Sequence record: KJ019142.1
Direction: 5' to 3' (one strand)
DNA: 64,000 nucleotides
The notes beneath the pieces were generated by a model. It was not told where the DNA came from. It saw nothing but the letters and a program-made list of their open reading frames with translations, and searched no databases. Every line of letters begins with the position of its first letter. The first letter of the stretch is position 1. Of this stretch, positions 17,333-30,200 are shown piece after piece. The translations under genes were made by a program, and so were the position numbers.

Positions 17333-17821
17333 ATGCCTATCAATAAAGAGTATTATGATAAATGGTATGGGATATGGAGTTCCCAATCAGAAGATGTATT
17401 GGAAGTTACTGCCTTAGTTAGAGCTATTGAATGTACTAATGGGTGTATTCAGTGGGCGTTTAGGGACGATGATGACAGGTCACTACCCATTGAGAAGACC
17501 AGAGAGGCTATGAAACTCTCCATGGGTGTGATGAAGAATAAGGTTTTACCATTCCCTGATGGTGGGAAGTTTGTTATCCCAGAGGATGTAGTTCCCCTCA
17601 TGGATAAGTCCAGAGATATTTACATTAGAGGATTCAAACAAGGTGATGAGGATGCCTACCAAGAGTTTATGGCACTATCCAAGTCACACTTTGTTGTAAT
17701 GGGTAGAGAGAGGATGGATAGAAACTTCCAGAAGGTGAAGGATCATTTCATAGATGTGTTTAGTGACTACTGGATTGAGATGGGTAGGGGATATGTTTAT
17801 GCCCTTGGGGAGTATGTATAA
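17333..17821 (+). CDS. hypothetical protein
   Basis: 162 aa ORF. Confidence 0.75.
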   Translation: MPINKEYYDKWYGIWSSQSEDVLEVTALVRAIECTNGCIQWAFRDDDDRSLPIEKTREAMKLSMGVMKNKVLPFPDGGKFVIPEDVVPLMDKSRDIYIRGFKQGDEDAYQEFMALSKSHFVVMGRERMDRNFQKVKDHFIDVFSDYWIEMGRGYVYALGEYV

Positions 17822-17845
17822 ATATCTGGTATCGCTTCTCCTCCA

Positions 17846-18037
17846 ATGGACGAAAATAGTGCATCACGTATTTTAGATTCAGCAGGAAAAGGTGGGCATG
17901 TTAATCCTACCGCCCTGGCTGTTACCATACGTGCCGCAGTGAAGGAATGTCTAGACCATAATGGTATGGTTAGTATGTCATCCCTCTACGAACTCAGTTG
18001 TCAGTTGGAAAAGAAGGGAAAAGAGTGGTATGATTAG
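17846..18037 (+). CDS. hypothetical protein
   Basis: 63 aa, preceded by TATAAATA at 17817. Confidence 0.55.
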   Translation: MDENSASRILDSAGKGGHVNPTALAVTIRAAVKECLDHNGMVSMSSLYELSCQLEKKGKEWYD

Positions 18038-18057
18038 TAAACTTATTTGGTGATGTC

Positions 18058-18258
18058 ATGAGTGAAAAACTTTGGGTGAAGATGGCGGAAGTATTCTACA
18101 ATAAGGATGCCGAGACCGCAGAGCGAATGGGAGTTGAGAACTTCTTCAATAAAGCAGCATCTAGAATGATTGCAGTTGTTGCTGAGAGTATTGATGGGGA
18201 GGAGAGACTATACCTAGAAGAGCAATCCAAAATAGCAGAGGCTGAGCAACGAGTATGA
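18058..18258 (+). CDS. hypothetical protein
   Basis: 66 aa ORF. Confidence 0.55.
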   Translation: MSEKLWVKMAEVFYNKDAETAERMGVENFFNKAASRMIAVVAESIDGEERLYLEEQSKIAEAEQRV

Positions 18259-18482
18259 ACACTTACTATGTGATAGTATACACACTAGTATTCTTTGTTG
18301 GTGTGTGTATTATTGAACCCAACCTACTCAAGTGGATAGAACTCCAGTTTAAGTGGGCAGGTATAAACGTTAGAAGAGCTATACTTATCGTTCAATTTCA
18401 TCCACGTAACTTTGTTACCAACTGGATAATTCGTAGGAAGTTTCAGAAGATTATCAGAGAACATAGTCAACCTAAAGAGTAG
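18255..18482 (+). CDS. hypothetical membrane protein
   Basis: 75 aa with N-terminal TM helix. Confidence 0.6.
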   Translation: MNTYYVIVYTLVFFVGVCIIEPNLLKWIELQFKWAGINVRRAILIVQFHPRNFVTNWIIRRKFQKIIREHSQPKE

Positions 18483-18491
18483 GAGTTAGTT

Positions 18492-18668
18492 GTGATTGAG
18501 ACTTTGGCATTTGTTTTCCTTTCATGCCAAGATGCACGTCAGGTTGCAGATCGTGCAATGAATACTGAGAGTATTACCAAAGAAGTAGCCATAGAAGTTA
18601 TTATTGAACTTGATATAGCTTCTGGCGGCAAATGTAACTTACCTGGAATAACTGATGGGCATGTTTGA
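18492..18668 (+). CDS. small hypothetical protein
   Basis: GTG start after AGGAG; MIETLAFVFLSCQDA... Confidence 0.45.
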   Translation: MIETLAFVFLSCQDARQVADRAMNTESITKEVAIEVIIELDIASGGKCNLPGITDGHV

Positions 18669-19044
18669 TACTATAAGATGCTCCTATGATATTGGAGAAC
18701 TCACTGATGTAGAATGTCAGTCTAAGAATATAGATGATTGGGGAGGCACTATGTCTTTCTATTGGGTAGATCCTAATGGGAGGTTGTGGTCTCCCAGTTA
18801 TGCTGGAACCTATGACTTTGTTCCTGAAGAGGGACCCTTCCCTGAGCTCGGAAAGGGGAAGCTTAGTCATGTACAATATTTGGGTACTACACCTAATGGA
18901 ACTCATGGGAAGTATCAGTTCGTATCTATGACAAGATGTATAGAGATATATGATACAAAAACACATGCAGATGGGTATGTAGAGTTTGTGACATGTTATT
19001 TGTCATTCTACCAAGGACTACTGAGAGATTACTTTTATAAATAA
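18655..19044 (+). CDS. hypothetical protein
   Basis: 129 aa, MGMFDTIRCSY... Confidence 0.7.
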   Translation: MGMFDTIRCSYDIGELTDVECQSKNIDDWGGTMSFYWVDPNGRLWSPSYAGTYDFVPEEGPFPELGKGKLSHVQYLGTTPNGTHGKYQFVSMTRCIEIYDTKTHADGYVEFVTCYLSFYQGLLRDYFYK

Positions 19045-19069
19045 GTCCATACAGAGTTGTTTTTAACCA

Positions 19070-20607
19070 ATGGATCTCCAATCATATATCCAACTTAAAG
19101 AGGCGTACACCAACGTCCACTCCCCAAAGGTAGAAGTCACTAGAGAAGAAGTTGATTCTTTCATTGATGCCTTATTGGAAGAAGGATACGATCTAAGTGA
19201 GTTTACTTGGGAAGAAGTCCGTGATGCTTACCTAGAAGAGGGTATTGCTAATAATCCTCGTTATGGAGTTATTGGTCAAGGTGCAAGACTTCTTCAGAAA
19301 GGTTTTGGTAACAAACAACAGGGAGATGCTGCTAGGGATTATGAGACATCTGTAAATAATATTAATAGTCGTAGAAATCAAAATTCTAGTACATCAACTG
19401 CAACTGCTAACGAGATTGCAGCAGAAACCAAAGGTAGGAAAGCTCAGACAGGTGGTGGATCTAGTTCTAGTGGATCTAGTTCTAGTGGATCAGGTGGATC
19501 AGGTGGATCAAGTCTCTCTGATTCTGTTGCTAGAAAACAGAAAGAGGCTGATGCCAAACGCGCAAGACAAAGGGAGACTGGTGGAACTGGAGCCACCGAC
19601 AATAAGCCCGCTGGTGGTTCTGGTGGCTCCGGTGGCTCCGGTGGCTCCGGTGGTTCTGGTGGCTCCGGTGGCTCCGGTGGGGTGGCTCCGGTGGCTCCGG
19701 TGGTTCTGGTGGATCCGGTGGCGGCAGTAATAGACCAGTAGCAAAGGCTAAGCCAGTACAGACAGCACAACAGAAGGCAGACTCTTCTACTAACGCACAG
19801 TATGACAAGTTGAGGAAGTCTGATCCAGCTGCCGCTAAGAAGTTTGGTATGGCTGCATCACAGAAGAAGTTTGGTAATCAACTAAAGCCAAAGACTCCAA
19901 ATCCATTGATGAGGGGTATGAATACTGCTTCTACTAAGCCAGCAACTACTCCCAAACCAGCAACTACTCCTAAGCCAACAACTCCAGTAGCAGACTCATC
20001 TCCTGTTAGGGCAATGAGTAAGACTACCCCCACACCAGCTGCCTCCAAGCCAAAGGCAACACCTATCAAGTCAAGTCGCCTAAACAAGGCACTATCCAGT
20101 GTTGGTGAAGCAGTGGAATTTGATTCCTTTGATATCATCCTAGAATACCTAGTTGATTCTGGTTTCCCACAACAGGAAGCTCTCGTCATCATGGCGGAAA
20201 TGCCTGAAGAGAAGCGCGAAGAGATTCTCGAAGCTATGAAGCATCGTGACGCCAAGACTGGTGAAGTCACAGACAAGCCTGAAATTGGCAAGACATACTA
20301 CCCCCATGGTGAGCGTCAGAAGTCTTCTGTAGCTCTTCGCAAAGAGAAGGAGAGGGCAGATGCTAAAAAGAAATCAGTGAAGGAGGATAGAGCTTCCCTC
20401 GCAGATGCCTATCGGGCAGTTTATTCTGAGGAAGCTTCCGATACTAAAAAGGATAAGCACCTAGAGCGTGGTGGTCACTCTGCTAAGACTGACTATAGTA
20501 AGCCACCTTCTACTGGTAACACCTTCGGTAAGAAGCCATCTATGAGTGAGGAAGATCGTAGTGAGGCTATGGCTAAGATTGTGGCTAGAATGAAAGGTAA
20601 GAAATAA
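19070..20607 (+). pseudogene. late low-complexity protein split by a frameshift (ORFs 19070-19741 and 19681-20607)
   Basis: The GGS repeat frame continues after a truncated unit at 19676-19680 into the 19810 ORF; late promoter TATAAATA at 19036. Confidence 0.65.
19614..19724 (+). repeat. 9 bp tandem repeat GGTGG(C/T)TC(C/T) encoding GGS
   Basis: About 12 units visible, one truncated to GGTGG. Confidence 0.9.
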
Positions 20608-20619
20608 TAGTGTTATAAT

Positions 20620-20652
20620 AACCCCATAGGTCCATTCCCATGGGGTTTTTTG
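20620..20652 (+). terminator. rho-independent terminator
   Basis: AACCCCAT...ATGGGGTT followed by a T run. Confidence 0.7.
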
Positions 20653-20685
20653 TTATGAATACATAAAACTAAATGGACTTACTCC

Positions 20686-21060
20686 ATGAATACATATGGT
20701 TCTCCCGAAGGTTATCTCTTTAACCTTCATACCTGCTCAGCATCAGAAGCGAAGCGAATGTGGAAAGAATCTATAAAGAATGATTGGAAACATAAATGTG
20801 CTTATTGTGGATCAGAACATGAAATTACTTTAGATCATATAGTACCCAAAGCAAAAGGGGGCACTAGTCACACAACCAATATCGTAGCCTGCTGTCGTTC
20901 TTGTAACGCCAGTAAGGCATATGAGGATTGGATTATCTGGTATATTCAACAGCCATTCTTCACTGAAGAGAGGAGGGAGGCTATTGAAAAGTGGATGGAG
21001 AAGGGTCTCCTCAACAATAACTTAGTTGCATATCCACCCAGAAGAAATGTCGTTTATTGA
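20686..21060 (+). CDS. HNH endonuclease (McrA-like, Zn-binding)
   Basis: CAYCG...TLDHIVPKAKGG...NIVACCRSCNASK. Confidence 0.9.
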   Translation: MNTYGSPEGYLFNLHTCSASEAKRMWKESIKNDWKHKCAYCGSEHEITLDHIVPKAKGGTSHTTNIVACCRSCNASKAYEDWIIWYIQQPFFTEERREAIEKWMEKGLLNNNLVAYPPRRNVVY

Positions 21061-21066
21061 GTCTTT

Positions 21067-21195
21067 ATGGATTCCTATCACCCGTCTAGGGCAGATCAAG
21101 AACTAGAACTAGAACAGCAAGAACTAAAAACAATCATAGGAGGATCTATATTATCCTTCTTCACTGTACTTATACCTTTTATTATACTTCTCTAA
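21067..21195 (+). CDS. small membrane protein (42 aa)
   Basis: Manually read ORF with C-terminal TM helix. Confidence 0.45.
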   Translation: MDSYHPSRADQELELEQQELKTIIGGSILSFFTVLIPFIILL

Positions 21196-21214
21196 AACCT
21201 TTCAGTTCAGGCGA

Positions 21215-21222
21215 TATAAATA
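21215..21222 (+). promoter_or_regulatory. T4-type late promoter
   Basis: TATAAATA upstream of the 3967 aa gene. Confidence 0.7.
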
Positions 21223-21276
21223 AACCTAAGAAGAGTATATGCGTTCTTCGTCGGATAGCCTGAATCGACAAAAGAG

Positions 21277-24200
21277 ATGATCTCAACAGCGACTAAGATT
21301 AAATTTAAAAGGTCTGGTGTAGCCGGACGTAGACCCTCCTTAGCTGATCTTCAGTTAGGTGAATTGGGGATCAATTATAACGATGGTAAACTATTTTTCC
21401 GACAGGAAAATGAAGTAGTTGGCTCTCGTATCATTGAACCTGGACAGGGTGATGTAATCGGTAAGACTATTTTCGTATCCACAAAGGGTAACGATAACAA
21501 TAGTGGTCTTAACGAAAGGGATGCCAAGAGAACTGTTAAAGCGGCCGCCGCAGTAGCAGAACCTGGTGACTCCATCAAACTGTATCCAGGTCAGTACATC
21601 GAAGATAACCCTATCGTATTTAAGGATAGGGTATCTGTAGAGGGTATGGAGCTTCGTAACGTTCTCGTTACTCCAGCCAACCCCAGTAAAGACTTGTATC
21701 AAGTTGGTGAGGCGTTCCACGCTACCAACCATTCCTTTGTGTCCAATAGGGATTCAACAGATGGTGCCTCTATTATCACCTATCGTCCTCTAGAGGGAAC
21801 TGCGTCTGACAGGTATTTTGACGCGGCTAGACTCATCAGGGACAATCTTAGCTTCATTGCTAACGAGACAGTAGGTTTCCTAACCAGTGGATATTCAGGC
21901 TTTGCCGCTGGTCAGAGATCACAGGACGCTGCTCGTGCTCTAGAACTAAACAAGAACTTCATAGTAGAAGAAGCATTTCAATATATCAACTCTCCTGATT
22001 ATACAGGAGCCACATACTTCAACCCAGACCCAGCACAGTGTAAGAGAGACCTAGGAAATATCATTGATGGTTGGAGATATGATCTCATCTCTGATGGTAA
22101 CACCAGATCTACTGGTCTTGGTCTAACCTACTACGCACCTATTCCCTTTGTGAATAGTGCTAATGTTGCTGACCTTGTATACAACAGAAATAACGGTGAT
22201 GTTCTAATTGAAACCGACGTAGATACACAGGTTTCAGTTGGTGAGAAGATCAAACTACAGGATATCAGACTAGAGTGTGGTTCCTACAATAACGACTTCT
22301 TTATCACTGGTTTCAAGTATGATAACACCAGTGGTATTGGAACAGTTAATCTACCCTTTATCCATAACGTCAAGGTTGGAGACCTTGTTAAGTTTGATGG
22401 TTTAGAGTTTGATTGTCCTGCCTATGGTGCCATTGAATATGGTATCCAAGACTTCAAGTATAATGAAACTACTGGTGGAAGTGTTGTCACACTCACCGAA
22501 GATCATGATCTAAAGATTGGTGACACCATTGAACTAAGAGACCTTCAGTTCGATTGTCCCGCCTATGGTGGTGACTTCACTAACATCATCAACCTAGAAT
22601 ACAATAAGACCAGTGGTCAGGGTGTTATCACATATGACAAACCCGCCGATCTCAAGTCTGGTGACGTTGTTATCCTCTATGACCTCACACTAACTTGTGA
22701 TGCTTATGGTAACGCTATCTCAGTTACTGATTTCTCTTATGATAACTTCACTGGTATCACTGAAGTAGAAGTAAATAGACCCCACAACCTCCGTCCCGGA
22801 GACCTAATCAAACTAGAGAACCTTAAGTTCTCTTGTGATTCCTACCTTAATGAAACATACAAGGTCTCTAACTTTGTATATAATGAGAGCACTGGTGATA
22901 GTGTCCTCACCCTAACTGAACCACATAGTTTAGTTGCTGGTAAGAACGTCAGACTTGCTGACCTAGTTTTCTCCTGTAACTCCTATGTTCCAACCGCTAA
23001 AGCAATCTCTGATTTCCAGTATGATGAAGTAGTTGGTATCTCTACTATTACTCTAGCATCTCCACACAACTTATCAGTTGGTGAGCAGTTCAGACTAGAG
23101 GATTTAGTATTCTCCTGTAACTCATATTCCTTCACTGATATTCCTATCATTGATGCACCATATGATAATGTAACTGGTTATGTAACCCTATCGTTCTCTG
23201 GTGACCACGGACAACAGGTTGGTGAGAGAGTAAGACTCAGAGATATTGAGTACTCCTGCCCTGGTGGTTCAGGTATCACTACAACCTTGTTCCCTGATGG
23301 GACCTTTGGTTATGAGTTTGAAATCCTAAGTGTTCCAAACACTAAGAAGATGATTCTTAATGTTGGCACCTCCACTATTGAACACTCCTATGTGAGTGGT
23401 GGTACTGCTACCGTTGGTATTACAACTACTATCTTCCCTGATGGAACACAAGGTTTCGACTTCAATGTATCCAGTGTTAATAGTTCCACTGTTATCGAAG
23501 CAAGTGTTGGTATTTCTACCATCGCTCACAACTATGTTTCTGGTGGATCATTATTCGTTGGTTTCACTACCACAGTATTCCCCGATGGAACACAAGGTGA
23601 TACCTTCAGAGTTAATTCTATCCCTTCTAGCACTCAAATCAGTGTTAATGTTGGTGTATCTTCTATCGCCCATACTTTCGTATCCGGTGGTACAGCAACT
23701 GACCTAGACTCTTTCATCCCTGTATCTGGTTTCACCTACAATGAAGGTGACGGAACTGGACTAGTATCCCTAGACAAGGCACACAACCTAGTGGTTGGTG
23801 ACTCTTTTGTTCTAGAGGATCTTAAGTTCAACTGTAACTCCTACAGAACAGGTGGTACTTCTACTATTGATATCACTAACTTTGAGTATGATAAGGTAAC
23901 CGGACTATCTACAGTCACACTATCTTCTTCACACAACCTACATGTTAATGATACCGTAGCACTATATGATATCAAGTTCTCTTGTCCTGGTGGTTCAGGT
24001 ATTACAACTAATATCTTCCCCGATGGAACCAGAGACAACTTCTATGATGTAGTTGCTGACCTAAACCCCAACCAGATTATTGTTCGGGTTGGTAAGTCTG
24101 ACATTACTCACACATACGCTAGTGGTGGTAGTCTATCCGTTGGTATCACTACTAACATCTTCCCTGATGGAACTAGACCTTCTGGTGACTTCTTCCAGGT

Positions 24201-27200
24201 TATCTCTGTTCCTTCTACCAAGTCTGTTCTAACTCAGGTTGGTCTATCCTCTATCGCTCACTCATACGCAAGTGGTGGTAAGTTCTACACTGGTATCACT
24301 ACTAATGTATTCCCACAGGTATTCACTGACCCCAACATCAAGGTAACCAACGCTGTATATGACGAAGTATCTGGTGTTATCACCATTACTACTAACAAGG
24401 CACACGGACTTACCGCTACCGCACCTGTTCTACTACAGGACCTAAACTTCTCTTGCCTCTCTGGTGGTGTAGGAAACACCCCAGGCAACCTTGTATTCCC
24501 CAGGAACCAGGAAGTTTATGATGTTGTGTCCGTTCTATCTACTACACAATATACGATCAATGTAGGTCCTTCTGACTTCGCTCACGCATATGTTGATGGT
24601 GGTACTTCTACCACACAGAACATCACTAAGGCATCCTACAACAAAGGAACTGGTGATCTAACAGTAACCCTAGACAAGCAACACGGTTATTCAGTTGGTG
24701 ATCGTGCTAGTGTGGTTGATCTCCTCTTCTCCTGTCAGTCTGGTGGTCCTAACAACCAACCTGGAACACTTCTATTCCCCAGACCTACTGATGAGTATGA
24801 AGTTCTATCTGCAAGTGGTAAGACACTCACAGTTAATGTTGGAGCGTTCCCATCACTAGTTCATACCTATAAGAATGGTGGATCACTAACCTATAGTTCT
24901 ACTGTACTTCCTGTAAGTAACGCAGTTTATGATCAATCAACTGGAGTTCTAACACTTACCACATCAATTGCACTAGGGGCACCTGTTGGTTCTACCATTA
25001 AGATGCAGGGTCTAAACTTCTCCTGTGCCTCTGGTGGTCCTGGTAATGACGCTGGTGCTATTGTATTTCCAAGACTAGACACTCCTACCTTCAAGGTGAA
25101 GGAAGTCAAGAGTGGTGTATCCTATGTTATCAATGTAGGAACCTCTACACTCTCACACACATATACATCTGGTGGTTTCTCCTCACTCAAGAAGTTGAAG
25201 AACGACCCCAATATTTTCAAAGTTATCGACACCCCAACACCTAGTAAGGTTATTACTAATGTCGGTGTATCCTCTATCGCTCATGACTATGTGAGTGGTG
25301 GTAATATGTTCGTGGGTATCACCACTAATGTATTCCCTGATGGAACTCGCCCTGATGGAAGTAGGTTCGAAGTTATCTCCGCCCTATCACCCAACCAGGC
25401 ACTCATCAACATCGGTGTTTCTACTATCACCCACAACTACGATAGTGGTGGTAGGATGCAGTATGGTACTACCAATGAGAGACCTGTTCTAGACTTCCTA
25501 TACGATGGTCAGACTGGTATCTCCACTGTAACTATTAGAGGAACTCATGGTTTGAACCAGGGTGACCTAGTGAAACTCAGAGGTCTTGAGTTCGCTTGTA
25601 CTAACTCACCTGGTATTACAACTACTATCTTCCCAGATGGAACTGCCGCTGGTCTCAATATCTACAAGGTTACTGAGATTATTAGTAACAGTACCTTCAA
25701 GACAAATGTAGGTAGAGTTGGATTCGATCATACTTACATCCAAGGTGGTTCCGCTTTCGTTGGTATCACTACTAACATCTTCCCAGATGGAACACAAGGT
25801 TACAACTATACAGTTGCCGCCATTCCTAATAAGAATCAGGTAACAGTTGATGTGGGTATCTCCAGTATCCAACATGATTATATTCGTGGTGGATCACTAT
25901 TCTCTGGTAAGACTAACGAGAGAGATATCGCAGACTTCAAGTATGATCACATCTCTGGTGATGCGGTTCTTACCTTCAGAAAGGCACAGAACTTATTCAC
26001 ACAAGATCTAGTAAAACTTAAGAACCTTCAGTTTGATTGTCCAAACTCTACTGGTATCACTACTACTCTCTTCCCAGACGGAACCAGAAGTAACCTCTTC
26101 CTAATCAAGGAGAGACTAAACCCAACACAGTTCAAACTCAATGTTGGCACTTCACCATTCGGTCATGACTATGTGAGAGGAACAGGTCAGGCATTCGTTG
26201 GTATCACTACTAACATCTTCCCTGATACCAAGACACAACCAAGTAAGTTATTCAAGGTTGTTGATGTCCCAACTCCTACTACTATCTCCGCCAAGATTGG
26301 TGTATCCACTATCTCCCACTCATATGTTAAGGGTGGTAAGGTATTCGTTGGTATTAACACTGATATCTTCCCTGGAGATGAGCAAGTATCACCACTAGGT
26401 GACACATATACAGTTCAGAGTATCACCAAAGATGGTGAGTTGGTTATCAATGTTGGACTATCTTCTATCAGTCACTCTTATGGTGGCGGTGGTAAGGTTC
26501 TATATGGACAGAGTTCTGGTAACAACCTACAACATATCACTGGTCCTGGTGTCCTAGATGCAACCATCGCCGCTGTGGACTTCGAGAAACAGGTAGCAAT
26601 CAACGCACTAAACAACAGACCTTGGGGTTCATTCGTTCCTGAAGAGACTGCTGTTGTGGAGGCGTTCGCCTATGATAACCAGACTGGTTTCGGAACAGTA
26701 ACTGCTAGAGGAATCAACGTCAACACTGGTGACACCATCAGAATGAGTGACATTCAGTTTGTTTGTTCTGAGGAGTACGCCGGTGTAACCACTACCTTCT
26801 TCCCTGATAATACTAGACCAGAGGGTCAGTACTTTAGAGTAGAAAGAAGAATCAACATCGATGAGTTTGAAGTTAATATTGGTGTTTCTACTATCAAACA
26901 CGTATTCAACTACGAAACAGGTGGTAACGTATATCGTTACAGACAGTCTATTCTAGATGTTAACTACGATAGATCCAGTGGTATCACTAGTATCCGAGCA
27001 ACCAAGCATGGTTACAAGGCGAAAGATATCGTGGAACTAGGTGATATCGAGTTCGATTGCCCCGTATTCAAACCTCAATATGATATTGAGAACTTTGTTT
27101 ATGATAACACAACTGGTCTATCCACAGTTACTACTACTGTAGATAACACCATCAAGGTAGGTGACAATGTAAAACTAGCAGACATCAAACTAGAGTGTCC

Positions 27201-30200
27201 TCCATATGGTAACCAGAGAGTTATTGATAACTTTGTTTATGATAATAAGAGTGGTCTTTCCACCATATCACTAACAGCAGCACACGGACTCAACCTAAGA
27301 CCTAGACCTTCTGTTTCTATCTCTACCGCCCTCTATGATAACCAGACTGGTATCCTAACCGTTACCACCAATGCTGACATCAACTTCACCGATAGAAGTG
27401 GTCAGGGTGTTCAACTCAGTGGTCTAAGGTTCTCCTGTGACTCCGCTGGTTTCCCTGGAACTCTCACCTACCCTGAAGAGAATCTAGTTTATGATATCCT
27501 AGAGATTCAGTCTCCTAGTAAGTTTAAGATTAATGTTGGTCTCTCCACTATCGCTCACGAGTATGTGAATGGTGGTGCCGCTACTAAGGTTGATAGATTC
27601 GATGTGAAACTACAGGGTATCAAGTTTGATTGTCCCGCCTATGGAAACACAATCGATGTTACTAACTTCCTATACGATCAGAGAAGTGGTAACTCACTAG
27701 TTACCGTAGATAAGGCACACAAACTATCTGTTGGTGATAACATCAAACTAGCGGATCTCAAGTTCCAATGTGCTCCATATGGTAACGATTACAATGTTCT
27801 AAACGCAGATTACGACAACACAACTGGTATTATTACAGTAACCACTAACCAAAACATCAACGGTGTTGGTGTTGGTGATACTATTCGCCTCTCCAGACTA
27901 CAGTTTGATTGTGTAGGTAGTGGTCCTGAGTATAATATCACTAACGTATTCTTCAATACTGGTAACAGATCAGTTATTCTCACAGTTCCCGAAAGACCAA
28001 TTGGTCTAAACCCAGGTGATGACATTAAACTAACCAATATGTCATACCTAGAAGGTGGTAGTGGTAATGTAGTTGCGTATCCAGATGGAAGAGATTCAAG
28101 TCTAAACATCTTCCGTATCAATGATGTTCAACCTAACTCCATTCTCCCTGGATACTTCGATGTAACCACAGCGTTCCCCAATGTTAAGGATCCTTTCGCG
28201 ATCTTCAACAATACTGGTAGACTAACCACTGGTATTACTACTAACATCTACCCTGAGAATGTAGGTGCTGAAGGTGGTTTCTATGAAGTTATCCGCCTAA
28301 GACAAGATAACCAGTTTGAGATTCAGGTAGGAACCTCTACTATCACTCACAACTATGTGAGACAAGGACAGATGTTTACTGGTGTAACCACCAACTTCTT
28401 CCCTGGTAACCTACAGAACTCACCTAGAGGAAACATCTTTGAGATTGTGGAAGTTCCCACAGCAACACAGGTGAGAATCAATGTAGGTGTATCTTCTATC
28501 TCTCATAGTTATGATAGTGGTGGTCAGATGTTTGTTGGTATTACTACTAACATCTTCCCTGATGGAACCAGAGGTAACCTATTCCCAGTTGTTGGAGTGG
28601 CAAATACTCTCACCCTAAGAATCGACGCGGGTGTATCCAGTATCCCCCACAACTATGTTTCTGGTGGAGAACTATTCGTAGGTATTACAACTAATATCTT
28701 CCCTGGTAACTCACAGAACTCACCAAGAGGTAGTATCTTCAAGGTTCTATCTAAGGATAACGAGTGTGGTGCTGATAGATTCACTATCAATGTTGGTGTA
28801 TCTTCCATCACTCACGGTTATGTTGAGGGTGGAACAGTAACCACTGGTGTTACAACTAACAAGTTCCCTGATGGAACACACGGATTCAAGTTCCCTGTTA
28901 TCGATGTTCTAGATGACAACTACTTCACCGTGAATGTTGGTACTTCTACTATCACTCACAACTATATCTCTGGTGGTTTCACTAGAAGACTTGAAGTTCC
29001 TATCAATAGTTTCGTATATGATAGAGTTTCTGGTCTATCCACAGTGGGTATCCAAAGTCACAGAATGAATATCGGTGACCTTGTGAAACTTCGTGATGTG
29101 AAGTTCAACTGTGATCCATATGGTGGAGAAAAGACTATCTCTGGTGTTGTTTATGATAATACCTCTGGTAGAATGACCGTTAACACCACTGGTTCTCATA
29201 GTCTAAACATCAATGATGTTGTGAAACTCTCCAATATTCAGTTGGATTGTTCCCCATATGGTAACGAGAGAACTATTACCGCCGCCACCTACAACAGAAA
29301 CAATGGAAACCTAAGTGTTCAGGTATCTGAACCTCACAACCTCAAGATTAGTGAGAATGTGAAACTTAAAGGTTTGGAGTTCTCCTGTTCCTCAGAACAC
29401 GCAGGTGTGACAACAACAATCTTCCCAGATTCAACCGCACCTTCTCTAAACATCTACGCTATTGAGAGTATCACCAACTCCACAACCTTCATGGTTAATG
29501 TTGGAACCTCTACTATCAGTCACAACTATGTTTCTGGTGGTTCCGCTTTCGTAGGTATCACAACTAACATCTTCCCAGGTGATAGCCAGAACTCCCCCAG
29601 AGGTTCTTTCCTCAGTGTGGTAGATATCCCAGCATCAGACGCCTTCGTGGTGAATGTAGGGGTTTCTACTATCTCTCACGGGTATGTTAGAGGTGGATTG
29701 GTTCAGACAGGTATTACAACTGATGTATTCCCTGATGGAACACAGAGTGATTTCTTCAAGATTGAAGATGTCCCTAGTAATAATACAGTTGTAATCAACG
29801 CAGGTATCTCTTCTATCATCCACAGATACAACTCTGGTGGTTTCGCCGCCAAGTATGTTACCTATCAGTCCAATAACTCACAACTACTTGATAGTTCTGT
29901 TATTAGAGTGAGTGGTGATTGTATGGCAGTTGGTGAGAGAGTTGAAGAACTCGCAGGTATTGTTACCTCCATCATCAAGAATGGTCCTTCAATCGCACCT
30001 GGTGGTATTCCAGTAGATGTGGTAAGTGCATCCTACGACCAGTCTGGTGGAGCACTATCAGTCACAGTCAAAGACGCAATTGACCTCACACCAACTAACA
30101 TAGTTAGAATCGAAGGTCTTATCTTCGAGTGTGAGTCCTCTGGTGTAACAAACACTCGTGTATATCCTGACAATAAGGTATTCAACTATGAGGTTCTATC

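Noticed and set aside
19444-19808. Minus-strand PPE/collagen-like ORFs and a CRISPR-like look of the repeat
   Set aside because: They are reverse readings of the 9 bp GGS coding repeat; there are no spacers and no cas genes.
20686-21060. Second HNH gene as another homing cassette
   Set aside because: It is a short McrA-like HNH with no DNA-binding extension, no disrupted neighbour, and normal palindrome content.
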